The notes under the pieces are model-generated. The model did no database searches and had not been told where the DNA came from. It saw only the letters and a list, made by a program, of their open reading frames with translations. Of a DNA stretch of 62,494 nt, positions 55,404 through 62,494 are shown one piece after another. This DNA comes from a virus (Duplodnaviria > Caudoviricetes): the IMG/VR virus record IMGVR_UViG_3300046786_000191, positions 1 to 62,494 of that record; one strand, given 5' to 3'. The position numbers and the translations under genes are program-made. Every line of letters starts with the position of its first letter. Position 1 is the stretch's first letter.

Positions 55404-55820
55404 TTAAGTGATGCGAATGATCGCGTTAGTGCTATTGGCGGTCGGAAACTGCACAGTAAGCGAAGTGATGGATGTTTTATCTGAACCAAAGTCCAATACA
55501 CAAACTGTTGGGTTAGAACCACCAGATTGGTAAATCAAAGCGCCACGTGCCGTGATAGAACCATACCAAGTTACGTTGGCAAATGAAATGTATGTAACAT
55601 TGTTGGCCGATATTGGTGCAACGGAAACAGGCAGCGCTTCACCACCCGCTGTGTATCCTGTGGCTACAACTTCGTTTAGGCTTGTATAGACAGATGTGTC
55701 AGGGCCCAGTGTTGCTGAGCCTGTGTACAACGCGATCTTGAAAGAGCCGGACGTAAAGTTATATGTACCGTTCATCAAACCGGTTTTGAACGCGTCAGTA
55801 GCACCTTGTTGGAGAGCCAT
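55404..55820 (-). CDS. Putative structural protein
   Basis: 138 aa; FKIALY, GYTAGG, TARGALIY, VLDFG.DK. Confidence 0.6.
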   Translation of the reverse strand: MALQQGATDAFKTGLMNGTYNFTSGSFKIALYTGSATLGPDTSVYTSLNEVVATGYTAGGEALPVSVAPISANNVTYISFANVTWYGSITARGALIYQSGGSNPTVCVLDFGSDKTSITSLTVQFPTANSTNAIIRIT

Positions 55821-56503
55821 TAGGTCACCGCCTGTCTAAATTGACCAGAACGATAAGCGTCTTGACGCTCCATACCATCGCCCAGACGTTTAGCCAACGC
55901 AAGTGCTTCTTGATATTTGCCGTTGTATAACGCCATCATGTCCTGCTCACCCTTCATATAAGTGTAAGCCTCAACAAGCGAACCATACAACAGCACAGAA
56001 TCAAAATTATCACCAAGCCATGTACGACCATCTGCAGCCACTGTAATTGACTCTGGATAAAAGTAGTAATGCAGTTCTGTGTAGTAGGAAGAATCGGGTG
56101 TTGGGCCAAGAATGAATGTTAGCTCATCAGCGTTGTCAGATCGAGGACCAAACAAAGCGTAGTACTTAGGAATACCTGTATCGTTTGGTGTTGGGTACGC
56201 CTGACGAATAAAGTTAACGTCTTTGTTTAACAAGTATTCATACGTACCCGTATTCATGTCACCGCCGGTAACACCGGTCACGATAGCTATTGAATACACC
56301 GCCAAAAAATCTGTGGGGCACTGCAAGTACTTATTGCCCGATGTTACTTGACCATACACATTTTTTCGAATAGATGGAAACTGTACGGTGTTATAAATAC
56401 GCTGCTCAGCTTGCTGAACGAACACAGGTATTTCAGCGATAAAGTTCGCTTCTGTATTTTCCGTGTACGCTTGAATAGCGTTGCTGAGTTCAGTGTAGTT
56501 CAT
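55820..56503 (-). CDS. Putative head-tail adaptor/tubular protein A-like
   Basis: 227 aa; MNYTEL...AEQRI, G.PKYYA, GPTPD, LLYGSLVEA. Confidence 0.6.
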   Translation of the reverse strand: MNYTELSNAIQAYTENTEANFIAEIPVFVQQAEQRIYNTVQFPSIRKNVYGQVTSGNKYLQCPTDFLAVYSIAIVTGVTGGDMNTGTYEYLLNKDVNFIRQAYPTPNDTGIPKYYALFGPRSDNADELTFILGPTPDSSYYTELHYYFYPESITVAADGRTWLGDNFDSVLLYGSLVEAYTYMKGEQDMMALYNGKYQEALALAKRLGDGMERQDAYRSGQFRQAVT

Positions 56504-56751
56504 GCAGATGGCCCGCGAAACTTAGTACCCTTGGTAGCTGCACCGGTACCACGAATCTTTTCACCAGATGTCTTAGTTGGCTTATAAGCTTGGCTACGTG
56601 AGTTAGCTACGCTAGTGGGCGTCTCTCTCAAGTACTTATCGTTGTCTTCTTCGCCAACAACAACTGATGCGTACACTTTGGGTTGTACGTATTTACCAAT
56701 TGGGTCTTTGGTATTTGCGTCGAAGTATTTAAATTCGTCTTGGCTGTGCAT
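56500..56751 (-). CDS. Small hypothetical protein
   Basis: 83 aa; C-terminal RGTGAATKG motif. Confidence 0.65.
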   Translation of the reverse strand: MHSQDEFKYFDANTKDPIGKYVQPKVYASVVVGEEDNDKYLRETPTSVANSRSQAYKPTKTSGEKIRGTGAATKGTKFRGPSA

Positions 56752-56752
56752 A

Positions 56753-56929
56753 TCAACCTCCGCGACCAGAAGAACGCTGGTTCATGATTTTGGCCATGTT
56801 ACGGCCATACTTTAACATCTGCGCATTGGTTTTACCGCCCGCAGCCATTTTCTTAGCTCCGGCGTGCATACGCTTTTCGTGGGCCTTCACTTCAGTGTCG
56901 GCGATCTTCTTAACTGTCTTCTTGTCCAT
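56753..56929 (-). CDS. Small basic protein (58 aa)
   Basis: AAGGAG RBS, ATG 56929; KKMAAGG motif. Confidence 0.7.
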   Translation of the reverse strand: MDKKTVKKIADTEVKAHEKRMHAGAKKMAAGGKTNAQMLKYGRNMAKIMNQRSSGRGG

Positions 56930-56939
56930 GTTCGACTCC

Positions 56940-57368
56940 TTATGTCGTTGTAACCGTAACTGTACCAATTTCTACGTTTAAAACCAAGTAATTTGGTGTT
57001 AAACCATCATCAGGGCCACGTGCCCCACCAACAGGGTTCCACCCCCACTGAAAGACTCGACTACCCTGTTCTGGATAGCCATCAGCATCGGGTGCTGTGC
57101 TGTTAGTATTTGCAATCTGCAAACCACTTAGACCAGATTGGTAGTAGCTTCGATCTGGACGAGGATTCCTCAAACCTTGCGGGTCATCTACTGGGTACAT
57201 ACCCAGTTGCAACTGTGGCTGGTCGGGGTCCCAGCACTCGGGGCATACCAACAAGTCGTAGTTCTTCGTCTTGATGATCTCTTTGCGCAATACTTTTAGC
57301 TTGAACCGTTGATCGCAACGGTCGCACTGCGCAATTGCCCACTTGCCGGAAGCAAACCGATTACCCAT
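56940..57368 (-). CDS. Zinc-finger (CxxC...CxxC) protein
   Basis: MGNRFASGK...CDRC...CPEC; start coupled to the upstream stop. Confidence 0.7.
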   Translation of the reverse strand: MGNRFASGKWAIAQCDRCDQRFKLKVLRKEIIKTKNYDLLVCPECWDPDQPQLQLGMYPVDDPQGLRNPRPDRSYYQSGLSGLQIANTNSTAPDADGYPEQGSRVFQWGWNPVGGARGPDDGLTPNYLVLNVEIGTVTVTTT

Positions 57369-58315
57369 CAGGTGCCCCCAATAAACTGCTGACGGGGTAC
57401 AAAGCGAATAGCTGCTTTCTCCCGGTCTTCTGTTGCGGCCAACTCCCAAGCGTCGTCATACTGCTGCTTTAATACAGGCAAACGCTCAGCGCCACCGGCA
57501 ATCTTCAAAGCCAAATAGTACGACAGGCCAGCGGCCAAGCAAGGGATAAATCTGAACGGTACGTCCATAACATTCACGCCACCACCCGCATCCTGCGTGC
57601 GGCGTAAACGCCAGTAGACAAACGTGTACTGCTGAGCTGAATCCGGAGTTGGCCAAACTGTAACAGCGGGGACTTGCGCCCAGTACACAGTAGTCGTAGC
57701 AGTATGGGGCACTGCAATCGTGTCTTGCTGCCCGCGGAAGCAGTTGTACAAAGTGCCAGACTTGGCATTTGTGTTCTGTGTGATGTAGCTGTAATTGATG
57801 ATCTCGTCATCAATCTTAATAAAGCCAGTAGCAGGCAGGCCTGTTACATCGTTCAAAACAATTGTTGTGGCCGTGGCGTTAATAGCCGTTGTAAGCGTTG
57901 CCGCAACAGGAGAATTCTGCCCGTTGAAGCGTTGAACCCAGACCTGAATTGGTCTAGCTTGCTGAATCTTGTTGGGGATCGTAGCGTATGTAGAAACGCT
58001 GATACGAGTAATTGTCAGGTCGGCTTGAGTGGCGGAAATGTTATTGCCCGTGCGAATAACGTGCTCAATTAAGTCAACTGTGTCGTCTGGCAAAGCGTAT
58101 GTGTTTTGGCCTTGAACAAGAGTAATCTCACCCTGCTCAATCGTCCACATATTGACACCACGATTGGCCCAATCTGCGAACATAATATTCAAACTACGAC
58201 GAGCGGTACGCAAGTCATAGCCAGTACGCAACTCGCCACCGGCGCGTTCAAACGCCTCCTCGACTAATTCATCGAGTTGGAGATTAAAGTTTGATGCGCC
58301 AGAAGTAATCGCCAT
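57368..58315 (-). CDS. Putative head-tail connector/adaptor protein
   Basis: 315 aa; EEAFER.G, ARRSLN, VWPTPD, FRFIPCL. Confidence 0.6.
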   Translation of the reverse strand: MAITSGASNFNLQLDELVEEAFERAGGELRTGYDLRTARRSLNIMFADWANRGVNMWTIEQGEITLVQGQNTYALPDDTVDLIEHVIRTGNNISATQADLTITRISVSTYATIPNKIQQARPIQVWVQRFNGQNSPVAATLTTAINATATTIVLNDVTGLPATGFIKIDDEIINYSYITQNTNAKSGTLYNCFRGQQDTIAVPHTATTTVYWAQVPAVTVWPTPDSAQQYTFVYWRLRRTQDAGGGVNVMDVPFRFIPCLAAGLSYYLALKIAGGAERLPVLKQQYDDAWELAATEDREKAAIRFVPRQQFIGGT

Positions 58316-58548
58316 TATCTAAATCCTGCCGTTTTCTTTGCAATCGTTTTGGGTTGCGCTACGAATTGTTTTCCGGCTTTTTTGCCAGCACGTTTCGCAC
58401 GCGTTGTCGCAGCGTATTCAGCAGGGCTGAGACTTTTAATCGCAGCTTCTGGGAGGTATCGCTCACCTGTTTTATTAGACGGTTTTCCACTTTTGGTTCT
58501 CCATTTCTGGTTACCCCAATCTTTGAGGGATTGCTGGGGGGCTTTCAA
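58315..58548 (-). CDS. Small basic protein
   Basis: 77 aa; QSLKDWGNQKWRT..GERYLP. Confidence 0.7.
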   Translation of the reverse strand: MKAPQQSLKDWGNQKWRTKSGKPSNKTGERYLPEAAIKSLSPAEYAATTRAKRAGKKAGKQFVAQPKTIAKKTAGFR

Positions 58549-58820
58549 TCTCTGTACCCCCCGCCAGCCGCCTTGTACTTCTTGGCAACAAGCTGCGCTT
58601 TACGTGCAGACCACTGGCCTGCTCCGGTGCCTTGGGTTGCCGCGGCTTTTACTTGAGACACAATCCGCTTACGCAGACTAGGTTTTGTGTAATTGCCAGC
58701 AGCGTTAACCTTGCCACCTTCTTTATATTGAGTGAAGTCAGTGTCATCCCTGCGAGCTTTACGCTTCGCATTTGGCATTTTGCTGGCGCGAATAGCGCCC
58801 ATACCACGGGATGCCATCAT
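58545..58820 (-). CDS. Small basic protein
   Basis: 91 aa; NYTKPSLRKRI...GQWSARKAQL..KKYKAAGGGY. Confidence 0.7.
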   Translation of the reverse strand: MMASRGMGAIRASKMPNAKRKARRDDTDFTQYKEGGKVNAAGNYTKPSLRKRIVSQVKAAATQGTGAGQWSARKAQLVAKKYKAAGGGYRD

Positions 58821-58822
58821 GA

Positions 58823-59068
58823 TTACACCATCTTTCCGCGTGTTTTACCTTTGGTGCAGCAGCCATCAGCAGACTTAACATAGCCGCCTTTAGCTTTGCT
58901 CTCAGTGGTCAAAGACTTGTTGTAAGCCGCAGTCGCGTCTTCGGTTTCTTTCATGGCTTTGGCTTCATCCATAGCGGCTTTTTTAGTATCCGAATAGACA
59001 ACGTCGTCCAAAGAACCGGGCTCGCGCCGGGGCTTATATTTTTTAGCTGCTGCTGGTGTCATTGGCAT
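58823..59068 (-). CDS. Small protein
   Basis: 81 aa; KAKGG..SADGCCTKGKTRGKMV. Confidence 0.7.
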   Translation of the reverse strand: MPMTPAAAKKYKPRREPGSLDDVVYSDTKKAAMDEAKAMKETEDATAAYNKSLTTESKAKGGYVKSADGCCTKGKTRGKMV

Positions 59069-59077
59069 GATAGTTCC

Positions 59078-59587
59078 TTAATACATTTTGCACTTGGTCT
59101 TGCCTTTGGTGGCAATACCGTCAGCGCGTTTAGAGGCTGAGGAGGCCATGCCGCCCGAAGCCATCTTTTTAACCGCGCCACCCTTTTTGTAATAGGAATT
59201 ACGGCGTGGAACATTGCTAATACCTATGTCGTATTCAGCGCGTGTCATGGGGCTAGCGTTTGCTTCTTGCATTGAAGCATCCATAGCTGGACTTACTGGA
59301 CGTGATTTGACAACAGGTCTGCGCACCACTGGTTTTTTAGTTGGCGTAACTGTTTCAGAAGTACCGGGGTCACCAAATTCTTTGGCGTTTGGGTTCACCA
59401 ATGTGCGTTCAACACGTCGGTTAGCCGCCTCCATTGGGTCTTCTTCTGTAGTGTCTTCCACTTTGCGTGCGTCTTCGACGTCGTAAACATTAGGTTTAGT
59501 TTCGTCTTTTTTCTTGTCGCCTTTTTTAGACAACATATAGCCCAACGTGCCAAGGGCAGCAAGGGCTGTCAAGTCTTTACGTGCCAT
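59078..59587 (-). CDS. Hypothetical protein
   Basis: 169 aa; YKKGG, MASGG, RADGIATKGKTK. Confidence 0.7.
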   Translation of the reverse strand: MARKDLTALAALGTLGYMLSKKGDKKKDETKPNVYDVEDARKVEDTTEEDPMEAANRRVERTLVNPNAKEFGDPGTSETVTPTKKPVVRRPVVKSRPVSPAMDASMQEANASPMTRAEYDIGISNVPRRNSYYKKGGAVKKMASGGMASSASKRADGIATKGKTKCKMY

Positions 59588-59602
59588 GTTGGGCCCCTCA
59601 AA

Positions 59603-60181
59603 TTAGCAGGACTTGCCGCCGTAAGCCATTTTCTTGGCTGCGCCGCCTTTTTTCATGCCCAAAGGCTTAGAGCCTTTCATGGCAACCATTGTGCCTTTTG
59701 ACAGGCCTTTTGATTGAACAGCGTGCTCGCCTTTACCTTTAAAGCCGCCAGATTTAACAGCGCCCATTTTTGCTGTAGTAATACCGTTACCGGCGCTACC
59801 GCCTTTTGCCATCTTTTTCATACCATGCACTCCTTCAGATTTTTCACCTTTAGCGTACTGCATGGGGGTGATTTTCCCAGATTTAATTGCTTTAGCTTCG
59901 GCAAGCTCTTCCTTCATGGATTCCTTGCCACCAAAAAGTTTCTTAGTAGCCATACGGCCTCCTTTTGAAAAAAGTTCCATCTTGCCTTGGCGGGTTGATG
60001 GGTTGTTTACTTTTTGAAGATCGGGGCGGGACCTGTTAGTGTCTTTACCAAACTTCATACCCTTGCTTGCTTCACTAAAATCTTTAGCGACAGAAACAGG
60101 AACACCCGCAGCTTTTGCAAACTGTGGGTTATGAGCTGCAGCGTCCATGAAACGCTTTTGTTTTTCACTCGTCGCTGGCAT
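59603..60181 (-). CDS. Lys/Gly-rich basic protein
   Basis: 192 aa; MPATSEKQKRFM, several MxxGG motifs; in-frame internal RBS plus ATG at 59953. Confidence 0.7.
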   Translation of the reverse strand: MPATSEKQKRFMDAAAHNPQFAKAAGVPVSVAKDFSEASKGMKFGKDTNRSRPDLQKVNNPSTRQGKMELFSKGGRMATKKLFGGKESMKEELAEAKAIKSGKITPMQYAKGEKSEGVHGMKKMAKGGSAGNGITTAKMGAVKSGGFKGKGEHAVQSKGLSKGTMVAMKGSKPLGMKKGGAAKKMAYGGKSC

Positions 60182-60362
60182 TTGCGCCCCCTTTACGGTT
60201 AGTCAACCCGCGTACGGTGTCAGACTCCCAAATACGGAGGCCAAGATAAATGATTGTGAATAACGATGCCAAAGGTGGAAGCCAAGCGGCTACAACACCA
60301 ACAGTCGTTAAGACTGCTGCGCCATCTGCAACTGCTTTAGCTGTGTCGTGGTGTTCAGTCAT
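60165..60362 (-). CDS. Small membrane protein (holin-like)
   Basis: 65 aa, one to two hydrophobic segments, basic C-terminus. Confidence 0.55.
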   Translation of the reverse strand: MTEHHDTAKAVADGAAVLTTVGVVAAWLPPLASLFTIIYLGLRIWESDTVRGLTNRKGGANASDE

Positions 60363-60363
60363 A

Positions 60364-60609
60364 TCAGCAATTCCAAGCTCTTAAAGATTTATTAATCCGC
60401 GAGTTCGGGTCTTTGGCCGTCTTCTCGCTCGTCAATTTCTTTTTCATGCCAGTCATCCTTGCGCAGAAAGAGTCGCGGCGTGAGCCGCCTTCCGGCTGGG
60501 GAGGTTTCAAGTTCATGCCTTGCTTTTTCGCGGAGGCGCGACCCTTGGCATTCAAGCCACCCTTTGGGTTCTTGCCTTCCTTGCGTTGCCATGCTGGTGA
60601 CTTAGCCAT
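60364..60609 (-). CDS. Small basic protein
   Basis: 81 aa; AWQRKEGKNPKGGLNAKGRAS...RRDSFCARM...RAWNC. Confidence 0.75.
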   Translation of the reverse strand: MAKSPAWQRKEGKNPKGGLNAKGRASAKKQGMNLKPPQPEGGSRRDSFCARMTGMKKKLTSEKTAKDPNSRINKSLRAWNC

Positions 60610-61117
60610 AGAAAACACTCACGGAAGCCACATTAAGCATGTAGGCGTAAACACCGTTGCGTGCCAATATGCCTTCACCGGGGTACAACAACGAGTTGTT
60701 AAACGTGTCATTTGCCGCAACATCAAAAGTTAACAGCCAATTACCTGTTGAATAGACAGCTGCTGGTGAGCCTGTAATGGTGCCAGAGTTAATGTCGGTA
60801 ATGGTAAAACTGTCGGTACTTGCAGTGGCGATTGTGTAGTTTCCGGGTGTAGCCGCTCCGCCTGTACCAACCGAAAAGTCAATACCGATAGTCTGCCCAG
60901 CCACTAGACCGTGTGCCGTTTTAGACACAGTAATGGTTGTACCAGAGCGACCATAAGTTACGCTGCTAAACACAGGCGCTGTAAGTGTGTCAAAAATAGT
61001 AAATTCGCCTGCGGTCGCTGTGCCAACAAAAGCTATAGCTTTAACACGCGTTCTTTGGTTCACCATTAAACCGGACTGGTTTAGGTGCGCTTGTTTTATG
61101 TCATATTGCATTGTCAT
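60602..61117 (-). CDS. Putative virion protein
   Basis: 171 aa, beta-rich, AAGGAG RBS. Confidence 0.6.
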   Translation of the reverse strand: MTMQYDIKQAHLNQSGLMVNQRTRVKAIAFVGTATAGEFTIFDTLTAPVFSSVTYGRSGTTITVSKTAHGLVAGQTIGIDFSVGTGGAATPGNYTIATASTDSFTITDINSGTITGSPAAVYSTGNWLLTFDVAANDTFNNSLLYPGEGILARNGVYAYMLNVASVSVFYG

Positions 61118-61131
61118 AATCAATCTCCTTT

Positions 61132-61151
61132 AAAAATGGGGCCGAAGCCCC
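61132..61151 (-). terminator. Rho-independent terminator
   Basis: Minus strand GGGGC-TTCG-GCCCC followed by ATTTTT. Confidence 0.7.
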
Positions 61152-61160
61152 TTGGGTTGA

Positions 61161-61709
61161 TTAGGAATCTGCGAATGGTGTGGCCACAACGCCAGAGCCG
61201 TTTACAACACCGGTCACCATGTACTTGTTGGCTGCGATTGCAACGATCTGAATCCATGTACCAGCAACACCGCCAGTAGTACCGCCGTTCAAGTTAATGA
61301 AGTCGTTGGAAGAACCGTTAGCAGTAAAACCAACCACAGCGCCAGAAGAATCTGTGTCAACAGAAATCAAAGTGCCAACAAACAAGTCGCTAGAACCGGC
61401 AGTTGTACCGATCTTCAAAGAGCTTGTAGAGATGGTTGTGGGCACCCAGATGGTGTAAGTAACACCTTCGTTGTTAATTGTGTTGGGGTCTTGGCCGGGG
61501 CCAGAAGATGAGGGGTTAGCCGATGTGTTGATTGTAGGCAGAGTCAAAACAACGTTTGCTGCCAGAGAACCACCAACGCTAATAATGCGACCAGCGTAGT
61601 CTTGGGGATTCAATGTGGCGCTAGCTGTAACTTCTACAACAGCGGCTGGGCCTTGTTGATAAATACCGCCCAATGAGCGTACTGGGCCTTGGAATGTAGT
61701 GCGTGCCAT
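61161..61709 (-). CDS. Putative head fibre/decoration protein
   Basis: 182 aa after the capsid gene; MARTTFQGPVRS N-terminus; G/T-rich. Confidence 0.55.
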   Translation of the reverse strand: MARTTFQGPVRSLGGIYQQGPAAVVEVTASATLNPQDYAGRIISVGGSLAANVVLTLPTINTSANPSSSGPGQDPNTINNEGVTYTIWVPTTISTSSLKIGTTAGSSDLFVGTLISVDTDSSGAVVGFTANGSSNDFINLNGGTTGGVAGTWIQIVAIAANKYMVTGVVNGSGVVATPFADS

Positions 61710-61715
61710 GTTTTT

Positions 61716-61797
61716 TCCTTACATGCAAGTTATGGTGTATCAATCTGCATGTCGTCAGCCGGGACTGTTTGATACACCGGAAAGCCCGGATTAAAGA
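61716..61797 (-). ncRNA. Structured RNA downstream of the capsid gene (probable Mu-gpT-DE motif)
   Basis: Two hairpins joined by CTGACG with a 10-bp loop-loop complement GGTGTATCAA/TTGATACACC; position matches the Mu-gpT downstream element as I recall it. Confidence 0.65.
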
Positions 61798-61808
61798 CAA
61801 TATACAAC

Positions 61809-61838
61809 AAAAGAAAAGGGGACACAAGGCCCCCTTCT
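61809..61838 (-). terminator. Terminator after the major capsid gene
   Basis: Minus strand AAGGGGG-CCTTGTG-TCCCCTT followed by TTCTTTT. Confidence 0.7.
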
Positions 61839-61846
61839 CACTTTTA

Positions 61847-62494
61847 TCAGGTTGAACCTGAAGAACCCCACATACCGAGGGGATCAGACCAGCCGAAGCT
61901 ATAACGCTCACGAGCCTTGTAACGAACGTTACCTGTGTCGAAGTCGCCGTCCATGCTGTTTTGCAGCGGTGTACGAACGAAGTGCTTTAGACCGTTAGGC
62001 ACGTCAGTTGTCAAGAACCAAGCGTTTGTGTCTGTCAAGAAGTGGTTGACAGTGTAGCCTTCAGGGATAGCGCCCATCTGCTTGATAGCATTGATGTCGT
62101 TATCCGCTGTAGCTACGCGCAACTCAGTGTCCAACAGGCGTTTGGCCGTGAACATGAGAGCTGGAGGTACAACCAATTTCTTAGGCTTAGCAGCGATCAG
62201 CAAGCCACGCTCATCTGTCCAAGCAGCGATCTGAATAACGGCGGCTTCCAAAGAAGTCTCGTTCAGGTCAACTTGGGTAGTTGGTGTGTTGCTGTTAGTG
62301 CCACCAGAAATCAAGGGGTGAGCTGTGTTGAACAAAGACACACCGTCGCCACCGGGATAGCTAGATGAGAAACCGTTGTTCAAGACTGCAGCAGCCTTAA
62401 CTTGCTTGGTGTAAGCCATAGCACGAGCCAATGACTTGGTGTAACGAGCAGACAAGCTGTCGTACAAGTTATCTTCAATCGCTTCTTCAGTGAT
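61847..62494 (-). CDS. Major capsid protein, 3' part (true start at 361 across the junction)
   Basis: AAVLNNGF..GDGVSLF..AHP, KLVVPPAL, FDTGNVRYKARERYSFGWSD. Confidence 0.9.
   Translation of the reverse strand: MTEEAIEDNLYDSLSARYTKSLARAMAYTKQVKAAAVLNNGFSSSYPGGDGVSLFNTAHPLISGGTNSNTPTTQVDLNETSLEAAVIQIAAWTDERGLLIAAKPKKLVVPPALMFTAKRLLDTELRVATADNDINAIKQMGAIPEGYTVNHFLTDTNAWFLTTDVPNGLKHFVRTPLQNSMDGDFDTGNVRYKARERYSFGWSDPLGMWGSSGST
62398..62494. repeat. Terminal direct repeat, right copy
   Basis: Identical to 1-97. Confidence 0.95.

Noticed and set aside
61716-61797. Canonical hammerhead ribozyme
   Set aside because: CUGACGA is present, but the GAAA strand and a clear cleavage-site geometry are missing.

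Overview
The window is an apparently complete, circularly permuted genome of a tailed dsDNA phage. It is about 62,397 bp plus a 97-bp assembly overlap (1-97 = 62398-62494) that falls inside the major capsid gene. The plus strand (8.4-29.9 kb) carries early/accessory genes (AAA ATPase, peptidase-vWA protein, many small ORFs) and then replication genes (VRR-NUC nuclease, family A DNA polymerase, PD-(D/E)XK exonuclease, SNF2 helicase, putative SSB, primase-helicase). The minus strand runs from 7.8 kb leftward through the junction down to 30 kb. It carries terminase, portal, a GroES-like protein, scaffold, a Mu gpT-like capsid protein, small basic proteins, tail/adaptor proteins, three beta-propeller repeat proteins, a glycosyltransferase-like protein, lysis genes and large ejection proteins. 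The layout resembles podovirus-like HMO-2011-type aquatic proteobacterial phages (inference). I saw no integrase, RNA polymerase, tRNA or CRISPR array. The most striking unexplained signals are non-coding: (1) nine copies of a 29-bp 11-7-11 pseudo-palindrome (GGAAWWACCCT-N7-AGGGTWWTTCC), mostly 1.1-1.4 kb apart, across the early region only, with a polarity flip; (2) a promoter-driven ~62-nt small RNA whose unpaired core is complementary to the extended ribosome-binding sites of several early/middle genes; (3) three sigma70 promoters sharing one palindrome over the -35 box; (4) two kissing-loop three-way-junction RNAs, one before the primase and one after the capsid gene. All product calls come from reading motifs by eye; no database search was run.
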